Below are positions 55,658 to 64,000 of a DNA stretch of 64,000 nt, piece after piece (within the stretch, counting starts at the first letter, position 1; every line of letters begins with the position of its first letter). Under the pieces are notes generated by a model. It saw nothing but the letters and a program-made list of their open reading frames with translations. It was not told where the DNA came from and searched no databases. Source of the DNA: Pachysolen tannophilus NRRL Y-2460. Lineage: Eukaryota. The stretch lies in NCBI GenBank assembly GCA_001661245.1, contig KV454014.1:1197989-1261988 (forward strand), read 5' to 3'. A program made the translations under genes and the position numbers.

Positions 55658-56974
55658 ATGATGTTAAAGTCAGAGAGCCGTTTTTCGACAATAGTTATCA
55701 AACTAGGGTCTTCCTCGTTGGTGGACGTTAAAACGAGGGAGCCGAGACTTGCCAATATGTCATCTATAGTGGAAACAGTGGTTAAATTGAGAAGACAAGG
55801 TCATAAGATTATACTTGTATCTTCTGGAGCTATTGCATTTGGGATGCAAAGAGTAGATATAGCTAAAAAGCCAAAACATTTGTCGCAAGTTCAAGCTTTG
55901 GCAGCTATTGGGCAAGGAAGATTGATAGCACTTTGGGATGATTTATTTGGGCAATTAAATCAACCGATTGCACAGATATTATTAACAAGAAATGATATTA
56001 CTAATTATACACAATTTCAAAATGCCAAGACCACCATTGATGAATTATTAAAGATGGACATTGTTCCGATAGTTAATGAAAATGATACTTTATCCATTAG
56101 AGAAATTCAATTTGGTGACAATGATACATTAAGTGCTGTCACTGCTGGAATGTGTAATTCAGATTATTTATTTTTAATGACTGATGTAGATTGTTTATAT
56201 ACAGATAATCCAAGAACAAATCTGGATCTGAAACCTGTAATGGTTGTGAAAGATTTTAAGAATTTAAAAGTGAATGCAACAACATGTGGTTCTGCTGTTG
56301 GTACTGGTGGAATGAAAACTAAGATAATTGCTGCTGAGTTGGGTGCAAGTGCAGGTGTTACAACAGTTGTTCTTAATTCAGGACATCCAGAGAATATTTT
56401 AAAAATTGTGGAATATTCTGAAAAATTTGATGATTTTGATTTTGATATTGATGAAAGTATAACTGATGAACAATTTATATTACAAAATGAATTAGAATAT
56501 AAAAGATTATTAGAAAATGATATGCCACTTCATACTAGATTCTTGGCATCAAAACATTTTTCTGTTAAGGACAAAGAATTTTGGTTATTACATGGATTGA
56601 AATCAGCAGGTTCTATTATAATTGATCCTGGATGTTATAAAGCTATATCCAACGTAAATAAAGCAGGCTTATTACCTGTTGGAATCATAGCTGTAGAAGG
56701 TTCTTTTCATGAACTAGAATGTGTTTCAATTAAATTGGGATTCAGAAATAAGGATAATACTTTAAACACTCATAAACCTTTGATTGAAGTTGGTAGAGCA
56801 AGATGTAATTATTCAAGTACTGAAATTGACAAGATTAAAAACTCCCAAAGTCATGATATTTTCAAAATCTTGGGTTATTTCGAAAGTGAATATGTGGTCC
56901 ATCGTGAAAATTTTGCATTTCCCTTGCACTTGAACATTGATGTCGAAAAGATTATTGAAGAGAATGACAAATGA
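55658..56974 (+). CDS. PRO1: Glutamate 5-kinase with PUA domain
   Basis: VIKLGSSSL, VSSGAI, NENDTLS..FGDNDTLSA, GTGGMKTK; first ATG at 55658. Confidence 0.96.
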   Translation: MMLKSESRFSTIVIKLGSSSLVDVKTREPRLANMSSIVETVVKLRRQGHKIILVSSGAIAFGMQRVDIAKKPKHLSQVQALAAIGQGRLIALWDDLFGQLNQPIAQILLTRNDITNYTQFQNAKTTIDELLKMDIVPIVNENDTLSIREIQFGDNDTLSAVTAGMCNSDYLFLMTDVDCLYTDNPRTNLDLKPVMVVKDFKNLKVNATTCGSAVGTGGMKTKIIAAELGASAGVTTVVLNSGHPENILKIVEYSEKFDDFDFDIDESITDEQFILQNELEYKRLLENDMPLHTRFLASKHFSVKDKEFWLLHGLKSAGSIIIDPGCYKAISNVNKAGLLPVGIIAVEGSFHELECVSIKLGFRNKDNTLNTHKPLIEVGRARCNYSSTEIDKIKNSQSHDIFKILGYFESEYVVHRENFAFPLHLNIDVEKIIEENDK

Positions 56975-57035
56975 ATGAACTGTTTTTTTTTCTTGCTTTT
57001 TTTAAATAGATATAATAGACGACTACATGAATAAA

Positions 57036-57071
<36 letters not shown>

Positions 57072-57958
57072 CTATCTGAAACCTGTAGAATATAATTGAT
57101 GTATATATGTGGTGTAGGGTGTCAACTTTTTTTTTTGCTTTTTTTTTTAAAACTGTTGAAACCTCAACCAACACTGAAAAAAGGTATAGTTCACAATACT
57201 TTAAAAGCTTCAATTAAAGAATTGTCTTTCATGTACTTGTTCAAAAACATTTTCAATACTGGTCAATTGAATAAATATATAAAAGTTGAAGTACCTAACT
57301 ATGAATAAAGTAAAGAAACATGCCTAAAATTTTTAACCTTATAGAAAAAGCAAAAGCCAAAAAAAAAAAAACTATTTCCAGATTTACATTTATCAATCAA
57401 ACTCACCACTATAGTGTCATTTCATCATTTCAAAGTTCAGTTGAACTCAATCAAGTAAATAAATGTCTTCTTTAAGATCATCGCAGAGCATTCATCCAAT
57501 AATAAATGGTGCAGAAACTTGCATCTTCTCCGTATAGGAGAAAAGATTTTAAAGTTATAGGAAAAACGGAGAAAAAGTAAATTAATTTATAAAACTTCTC
57601 CACTTGTGGAGAAGAACTTTCAATTTTTTTCATTTTGGTAAGCGATGAGGTACTTTAAGTTATAGTATTAAGGGGACACGCCTAGACACACACAAAAATA
57701 TATTATTAAAATATAATTGTTTATTAATGTATTTATAATGTGGAATTGTTTGCTATTTATTGTATAATAATCTCCCCTTTTTTCTTGTAATTCATTCATT
57801 AATTGCTAGGTAAGATAGGTTTTAAGGTTTTATTTTGTTTAGAAGTAAAAAAAAAAAGAAGAAAGCTTTTTTTATTTGATTGATAATTGATAATTACCAG
57901 ATCACAAATTGAGAAAAAAAAATTAAATTAAATTAAATTGAAAATCCAACATTAGGTT

Positions 57959-60898
57959 ATGGGGAGTACTAAGGGAATACGCATTGGCGGTAAGGATAAT
58001 GGCGCTAATAGAAAAAATAGTCGTAATAAGAAAGTTAGTAAAAAAAACGAGAATTTAGATCAAGAGGAAATTGATTTTATTAATGGTGATTTTAGCGCCA
58101 AGTATCACATTAGAAAAAATAGTATTGAGTTTGAAAGCGACAATAAAAAAAATGATTTTGAGAAGGAGGAACCTTTGAATACTACAAATGTATTGAGTTC
58201 TACTCCTTTGAAAATTACTGGTGGGTTTAGTGGCTTGAATTTAGCGAAAGAAAACATTATTGAACATAATCAAAATATAGTACCGAGATCTACATTAGAG
58301 AAAAAAAGACGGAAAAGTATATTATCAAATATGTTGTCAAGTAGCGCAAATACATCGAAAAATGGCCTTAGAGATAGACCAGCGTCTGAAAATTCGAGTT
58401 TTGTCACACAAAATCTAGGATTGACCGGTAATGATGATAATAAGGATAAGGATGGTGACAAAGAGCAGCAGCCAATTGTTGATGTTAACAATCCAAATCA
58501 AGAAGTTCTCGATACAGTTAATAGACATCTAGTCAATCAAAATGATTTAGTTTCAAATGCAAGTATGTTACCGTTGAAATCAAATAATTCTGCTTCAATT
58601 TCTTCTTCTAATGTCCAACAACAACAACAACAACAATCACTGTTAAAGGAAGGATTTGATTCTTTGCAATTAGCAGGTGGAGATATTACAAGAGAAATTT
58701 ATAACTGGGCTGAAAGACATAACCCTGGAACTATTCATAATGAAAGTTCTAGTGCTTTTGGATCACCTATTAAGAAATCATCAAGTTTTGGAGAATTTGG
58801 AAATAATAAAAATCTTAAAAAGGCTATTAGCAAAAATAACAATATAGAAGGTTCAGATGATCATTACAATACATTTGATGAAGCTGTAGGCTCAGAAGAT
58901 GAATTGATGTCTGTTAGTGATATCAAGGTTCCAGGAGGTTTTAGAAGAAGTTTTATTGCTCAAAAATACAGAAATAAACAATTAGCACGTGAACAGAACG
59001 AAGGTAACAGTAACGCTCTTTGGAGAGGCAAAAGGAGTTCGAAAAAAGTAAGTAAACCTAATTTTTTCACTTCCAATTTCATAGAATTTTTAACGTTATA
59101 TGGCCATTTTGCTGGTGAAGATTTAAGAGATGATGAGGAAAGCAATTTCCCACAATCATCAGATACGGAAAATTATTCTACTGAACAAGAAGATGATACA
59201 GACAACAACTCACAATTTAGTGATTTAGAAAATAATGTGGTTTCTGATGATGAATTTAATCATAATAATCAAAATACATCTAATTTACATATGGAAAGAG
59301 CGTTACTTCAAAAAAATGCCAAATTTGCAATTGACAGGTACAATTCTTTTGGGTCTGCCGGAAGTCACAACACAAGTGATTTACAATTTAGGTATCAGTT
59401 ACAAAAACAGAACCTGCAGATCTTAAAGCAAAGGAAACAGAGAATTAAAAGAAAGGAAAGATTGAAAGATTCATATTCTTCTGTTAAAAAGGCTTCAACG
59501 TTTAAGACTTTCTTATTATTGTTAAAGGCTTTCATTGGTACTGGTGTGTTATTTTTACCTAAGTCTTTTTCTAATGGTGGATTGATTTTTTCAAATTTGA
59601 TGCTCTTGGTCTTTTCATTATTGTCTTACTATTGTTTTGTGGTGTTAATTAATGTCAGATTAATAACTAATGTATCATCATATGGTAACATTGGTTTAAT
59701 TTTGTATGGTCAGAATTTTGAACGCTTAATTTTACTCTGTATTATATTATCTCAAATTGGCTTTAGTTCTGCGTATATTGTATTTGTTGGTGAAAACTTC
59801 AAAAGTTTATATACACAATTCTTTAGTCTGGGATCTAATTTAAACATTGTTTATTTCATTTTTCTTCAATTATTAATCTTTATACCGCTATCTTTAACAA
59901 GAAAAATAGCAAAATTGTCATTTACTGCATTAATTGCAGACTTTTTTATTTTGTTAGGCTTGCTTTATGTTTATTATTATTCAGCTTTCAATATTTTTCA
60001 AGAAGGAATTGATTTAAACAATTTACAATATCTAAATCGTTCTGATTGGCCATTATTCATTGGAACGGCTGTTTTTACTTATGAGGGTATTGGTTTGTTG
60101 ATTCCAATTCAGGAATCTATGAAAAGACCTCAAGATTTCAATAAAATTCTTGCTATTGTTATAGGAATTGTCACTATTATATTTGTAACCATAGGTACAT
60201 TATGTTATCTTTCATTTGGTGATGACGTCCAAACAGTGATACTTTTAAATTTTCCAAAAGATTCTATATTAGTTAGGGTGATTCAATTATTGTATGCCAT
60301 AGCAATATTATTATCTACTCCTTTACAGTTATTTCCTGCTATTAAAATAATAGAAAATTTCATATTCAAAAAAAGAGATGAAGAAGAGAACCATGACAAT
60401 GTTGACAGTAACCTATATTTTTCTGAAGAATATAACAACAATGACAACCGAGAAAGAAATTCTCTTCTTAGTCCATTAAGAAGTAGCAGAAGTAATGCCA
60501 GTCAATATGGATCATCTAATCAAACTAATTTACAGTTGGCTGAACGTATTGAGGAAGCGGGTGATAAAGTTCTTTCTGGTAAAAATGATCCAGTTGTCAA
60601 ATCACAGAAAAATTTAACTAGAGTTGCGATTGTTCTTATGACTTGTTTGATAGCTTTTTTTGGTTCCAATGATTTAGACAAATTTGTTTCATTGGTTGGA
60701 AGTTTCACTTGCATACCCTTGATTTATATATTCCCACCTTTATTACATTTAAAACTATTAAATACTGATTCATTTAAAGAGCAAGATACTGGATCTTTGC
60801 ACAGAAGGTTGAAGGTTATTGATTACATCATATTGGCTCTTGGTATTATTATAATGATATATACAAGTTATCAGAATTTAGGTAGTTGGATACGTTAA
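57959..60898 (+). CDS. AVT4: Vacuolar amino acid transporter Avt3/Avt4 family
   Basis: GGDITREIY, VPGGFRR, NFIEFLTLYGHFAGEDL, LLKAFIGTGVLFLP, LSTPLQLFPA; Avt3 versus Avt4 not resolved. Confidence 0.8.
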   Translation: MGSTKGIRIGGKDNGANRKNSRNKKVSKKNENLDQEEIDFINGDFSAKYHIRKNSIEFESDNKKNDFEKEEPLNTTNVLSSTPLKITGGFSGLNLAKENIIEHNQNIVPRSTLEKKRRKSILSNMLSSSANTSKNGLRDRPASENSSFVTQNLGLTGNDDNKDKDGDKEQQPIVDVNNPNQEVLDTVNRHLVNQNDLVSNASMLPLKSNNSASISSSNVQQQQQQQSLLKEGFDSLQLAGGDITREIYNWAERHNPGTIHNESSSAFGSPIKKSSSFGEFGNNKNLKKAISKNNNIEGSDDHYNTFDEAVGSEDELMSVSDIKVPGGFRRSFIAQKYRNKQLAREQNEGNSNALWRGKRSSKKVSKPNFFTSNFIEFLTLYGHFAGEDLRDDEESNFPQSSDTENYSTEQEDDTDNNSQFSDLENNVVSDDEFNHNNQNTSNLHMERALLQKNAKFAIDRYNSFGSAGSHNTSDLQFRYQLQKQNLQILKQRKQRIKRKERLKDSYSSVKKASTFKTFLLLLKAFIGTGVLFLPKSFSNGGLIFSNLMLLVFSLLSYYCFVVLINVRLITNVSSYGNIGLILYGQNFERLILLCIILSQIGFSSAYIVFVGENFKSLYTQFFSLGSNLNIVYFIFLQLLIFIPLSLTRKIAKLSFTALIADFFILLGLLYVYYYSAFNIFQEGIDLNNLQYLNRSDWPLFIGTAVFTYEGIGLLIPIQESMKRPQDFNKILAIVIGIVTIIFVTIGTLCYLSFGDDVQTVILLNFPKDSILVRVIQLLYAIAILLSTPLQLFPAIKIIENFIFKKRDEEENHDNVDSNLYFSEEYNNNDNRERNSLLSPLRSSRSNASQYGSSNQTNLQLAERIEEAGDKVLSGKNDPVVKSQKNLTRVAIVLMTCLIAFFGSNDLDKFVSLVGSFTCIPLIYIFPPLLHLKLLNTDSFKEQDTGSLHRRLKVIDYIILALGIIIMIYTSYQNLGSWIR

Positions 60899-60972
60899 TG
60901 TATGAGCTAAATATCTACAAATACTATAATCTACATATATATATATTTACATAAATTTATACATTTATAATA

Positions 60973-62037
60973 TTAAATATAGACGTATAGACATAAATCT
61001 TCTTTATTAAAAAAAGATTTGAATTCATCACTTTTTCTTTCGATATCATTAGGTAAAGGAATGACTAAATTTGATTTTACTAAATCATAATTATCATCAT
61101 TGGTATTAATAACTAAATTTTTTCCTGTTGGATCATAATATAAACAATACTTATTTGTGGTTAGTTTTGATTTTATTTTAATTAATAATTTAAAATTATC
61201 TTTTGTATCATTGGGTCCTAATTTTATGAAAAAAGTTTCATATGTTAATTTTTCTTTCCCCACTGATTTAAAAAATTGTTCATTTTTGGTTGATTTTTTC
61301 TCAATAACAACTGGCGAAACAACAGGTGAAGTTATTTTCATATCATTAATTTCTTCAATTAAAGGTTTACTTGGTTTACTTGTTTGCAGCTTTTGTCCTA
61401 ACAATGTGGATAATCCGTTTTCAGAATCCACATTGATATCATCAGTGCCTTCATCAGCTTCATTCTGTAATTTTTTAGCTTCTATCAACGTCAATGGTTC
61501 ATTGTCATTCAAATTTTCTTTAAAAATTTTCAACTCATTTTGTTTTAATGAGTTAAGATCAATTTCCAACTCAATATCAGATTTAACAGATCCTTTATAA
61601 GTCATCTTTGGAGTGGTGATTGTTTCTCTGTCTATCATCAAGTCATCAAACTGAAACTCAATCGACTCAATACACCACTCCATCAATATGGTTAACAAAT
61701 CCTTATTTAATAAACTCCATCTCATTGCAGTATCATTAATAATACAATCAACAACAAGTGATAAATTTTTTTTCTTGTCAAAATCTTTTTTCAAAATTGA
61801 TGTCGTATATATAGGAATTTCCCATTTGTTTTCAATAATTAATTGGAAAGTCTTGTTTTTATCAAAATCATCCGTAGGCTTTGGAATATTTTTATCTGAC
61901 AAAACATTTATGAATAATTTTGTTTGTGAAGGAAATTCCTTATAATTCGTTAATAACTTGGTCTTTATAACGAAAAAAGGTGTTGGTCTTATTCTTAATA
62001 TCTCCGGAGACATACTTTTTTCCCTAATCAATGCCAT
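60973..62037 (-). CDS. PIH1: Pih1/Nop17 R2TP subunit
   Basis: PTPFFVIKTK, KLFINV, KWEIPI, DKKK...VDCIIN, LMEWCIESIE motifs. Confidence 0.85.
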   Translation of the reverse strand: MALIREKSMSPEILRIRPTPFFVIKTKLLTNYKEFPSQTKLFINVLSDKNIPKPTDDFDKNKTFQLIIENKWEIPIYTTSILKKDFDKKKNLSLVVDCIINDTAMRWSLLNKDLLTILMEWCIESIEFQFDDLMIDRETITTPKMTYKGSVKSDIELEIDLNSLKQNELKIFKENLNDNEPLTLIEAKKLQNEADEGTDDINVDSENGLSTLLGQKLQTSKPSKPLIEEINDMKITSPVVSPVVIEKKSTKNEQFFKSVGKEKLTYETFFIKLGPNDTKDNFKLLIKIKSKLTTNKYCLYYDPTGKNLVINTNDDNYDLVKSNLVIPLPNDIERKSDEFKSFFNKEDLCLYVYI

Positions 62038-62103
62038 CTCAATCTAAACCGCAAATCACAATTCAATAAATTAAAAAAAAACAATATTTGAAAAATAGTC
62101 ATA

Positions 62104-62150
62104 ATCATCATCATCATCATCATCATCATCTTCTTCTTCTACTTCTTCTT
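62104..62150 (+). repeat. Compound (CAT)n(CTT)n microsatellite upstream of PIH1
   Basis: Read directly from the sequence. Confidence 0.85.
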
Positions 62151-62705
62151 CCATCATCTCTCTATCTACTCAATATTGACTTATTCTGCCACGAGCTAAG
62201 ATATAAAAAAGTACGTGCCACTAAAAACCCGCTTTTACTATGGCTTTACTATACAATTTATTTAAATTGAGGTTTTACATATATAAAATGGGTTTTATAA
62301 AAGTTATAAATCTTTAAATATGTTTAAAATTAAATTTCAATCCATATGAGAGTAAAAATTTTATCAATTTGATTATAAATTGATTTTATCTGGCACCATA
62401 TCAGTCACGAATTGTAGATGAGAGAGCTTTTAGTAAAAAGCCGTTGATAGCAGATCGCGGTAGTGCCGATATACACCAAAATGTACTAAAGAGGAAAATT
62501 TAAGGTAAGGTACGTTTCTTACTTAAGGTTATTTTTGATATCAGTTCAGTTCAGTTAGTTAATTCAGTTCGATTCAGTTCAGTTTAGTTGTATAATTGCT
62601 GAGAGAGCGATAAAAGCATTTAGAAAAAATTTTTTTTTTAAAAAAAAAGGATATTAAAAACGAAAATCTGTAACAAACAGGACAGGTCCTATATACTACT
62701 ATTGT

Positions 62706-64000
62706 TCAATCCATGTTTCGGTAGACATTATTATTGAATAAATCATTACCGAACAAAAGGTCTATTAGTTCAGTATCAAATAGCATGCTATTATCAAAGC
62801 TATAGTCTATGGATGCTGGTGTAATATTGACTGGTTGCTGGTCCGTTGACAGGAATTGAGAGTTGCCAATTTTATGTTCTTGATGTGGTTGTAAAGAGTG
62901 TTGCGGCAACCCGTATAGTGGCTGTTGTTGTTGTTGTTGTTGTTGTTGCTGATCACTAGCACAAGTGGTGTATTGGTGATTATTATTTTCATTGCCAGCA
63001 ATGTTATAATCAAGTTCCAGTGGGGAATGAGTAATGGTATTGGAAAAATTATTGACTGATGATACGAATGATTTATTAATCTTGCCATCTTTCTTGTTGA
63101 AATCACCAGGAATTGGAGAAGAATTCAACTTTGTTGCATTGATTAACAAATTAATATTACTAGCTTCTTTGTTATTTTGAGGATATTCATTATTTTCGTT
63201 TCTGCTATTCTTTTCATAGCTTCTAATAAGGAAATTTAGATCATTGATTAAAATATCAATTATATCACTGATTGCTTTTAAACTTCCTTTAATTTTATCA
63301 ACATTTCTCTGCTTCATAATATTAATCAAATTAACCGATTCTAACAAAGTATTAAAATTTACCTGATATTTAGTGTTTATGAAATCAACATCCACACTTT
63401 TACTATTTGTTAATAATAAAATATAAGAAACCACTAAGACCATTGTAGCATGATATCCAATGAAAAGATCATTACATAAAGTACCATTGAAAAATTGCAT
63501 TTGATCTTCAAATGCTAGAATTTTCGCAATTTCAATAGAAGAGTTCATACATTGACAAATGAAATCTAATAATGGATCATCATTTTTCAAAATTAAATTA
63601 GAATGAGTGATTAAATATAATAAAAATGGTAATGATAGTGAAATATAGTAATAATGATATTGTAATAATAATGTTAATTTCAATTTACTTACTGGCTCTA
63701 ATTTATAATTTTTCAAATCTTGATCTAAATTGACATACCAGTTGTAAAATTTTCTCTTGATTGTTAAAACTTTTTCCATGTTTGTTAATGACAACAACTC
63801 ATTATTCAAATATAAAGTTTTTCTATATTCTAATAATTCAAACAGCAATTTGCTTAATTCACAATATTGAATATAATATCTTCTGTGCACCGATAATTTT
63901 TCTTCATCAGAATATTCTTCAATTTTCACTTTGTTTGATGTATTGTAACCAATAATACTTGGATATTCAACATTAATATCTTCAATTTGGATACAAGAAG
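62706..64000 (-). CDS. C-terminal part of a fungal-specific (Zn2Cys6-type MHR) transcription factor; 5' end outside the window
   Basis: Frame open to the window edge (SCIQIEDINVEYP); helical MHR-like region, polyQ, acidic-hydrophobic C-terminal tail. Confidence 0.7.
   Translation of the reverse strand, partial: SCIQIEDINVEYPSIIGYNTSNKVKIEEYSDEEKLSVHRRYYIQYCELSKLLFELLEYRKTLYLNNELLSLTNMEKVLTIKRKFYNWYVNLDQDLKNYKLEPVSKLKLTLLLQYHYYYISLSLPFLLYLITHSNLILKNDDPLLDFICQCMNSSIEIAKILAFEDQMQFFNGTLCNDLFIGYHATMVLVVSYILLLTNSKSVDVDFINTKYQVNFNTLLESVNLINIMKQRNVDKIKGSLKAISDIIDILINDLNFLIRSYEKNSRNENNEYPQNNKEASNINLLINATKLNSSPIPGDFNKKDGKINKSFVSSVNNFSNTITHSPLELDYNIAGNENNNHQYTTCASDQQQQQQQQQQPLYGLPQHSLQPHQEHKIGNSQFLSTDQQPVNITPASIDYSFDNSMLFDTELIDLLFGNDLFNNNVYRNMD

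Noticed and set aside
1..64000. Poly-A/T, (TA)n, (TAG)n, (TTAA)n and (GAT)n tracts; search for tRNA, LTR and CRISPR features
   Set aside because: Simple repeats are background for this genome; no tRNA cloverleaf, LTR/TIR with target duplication or repeat-spacer array was seen

Overview
Gene-dense, very AT-rich budding-yeast (Saccharomycotina) segment with 31 protein-coding genes, the last cut by the window edge. No tRNA, rRNA, CRISPR array or recognisable transposon was found. CTG codons fall where orthologues have Ala or another small residue (PFA4, SIN3, PRO1, TOP1, GAR1, COQ2). This points to the CUG=Ala code (translation table 26; Pachysolen-like clade), so the supplied translations are wrong at these codons. 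Six genes need splicing: TPS3, RPB11, SIN3 (4 introns), TIF11, SEC17 and APC11; 4 of the 9 introns end in AAG. Other points of interest: a degenerate Aquarius-like spliceosomal helicase with no Walker A motif, a Psp2-like protein whose RRM is replaced by an N/Y/G prion-like tract, and a Cys2-type serine O-acyltransferase with a full sulfur-regulon promoter. Also found: a strand-oriented RGTCGTGT promoter motif, two Mcm1-Forkhead composite sites at CDC5, an 11-bp-phased TGC array, two unexplained structured non-coding segments (~23745-24105 and ~30645-30965), and a cluster of genes whose S. cerevisiae orthologues flank CEN13/CEN15. Orthologue comparisons are from memory and were not computed.
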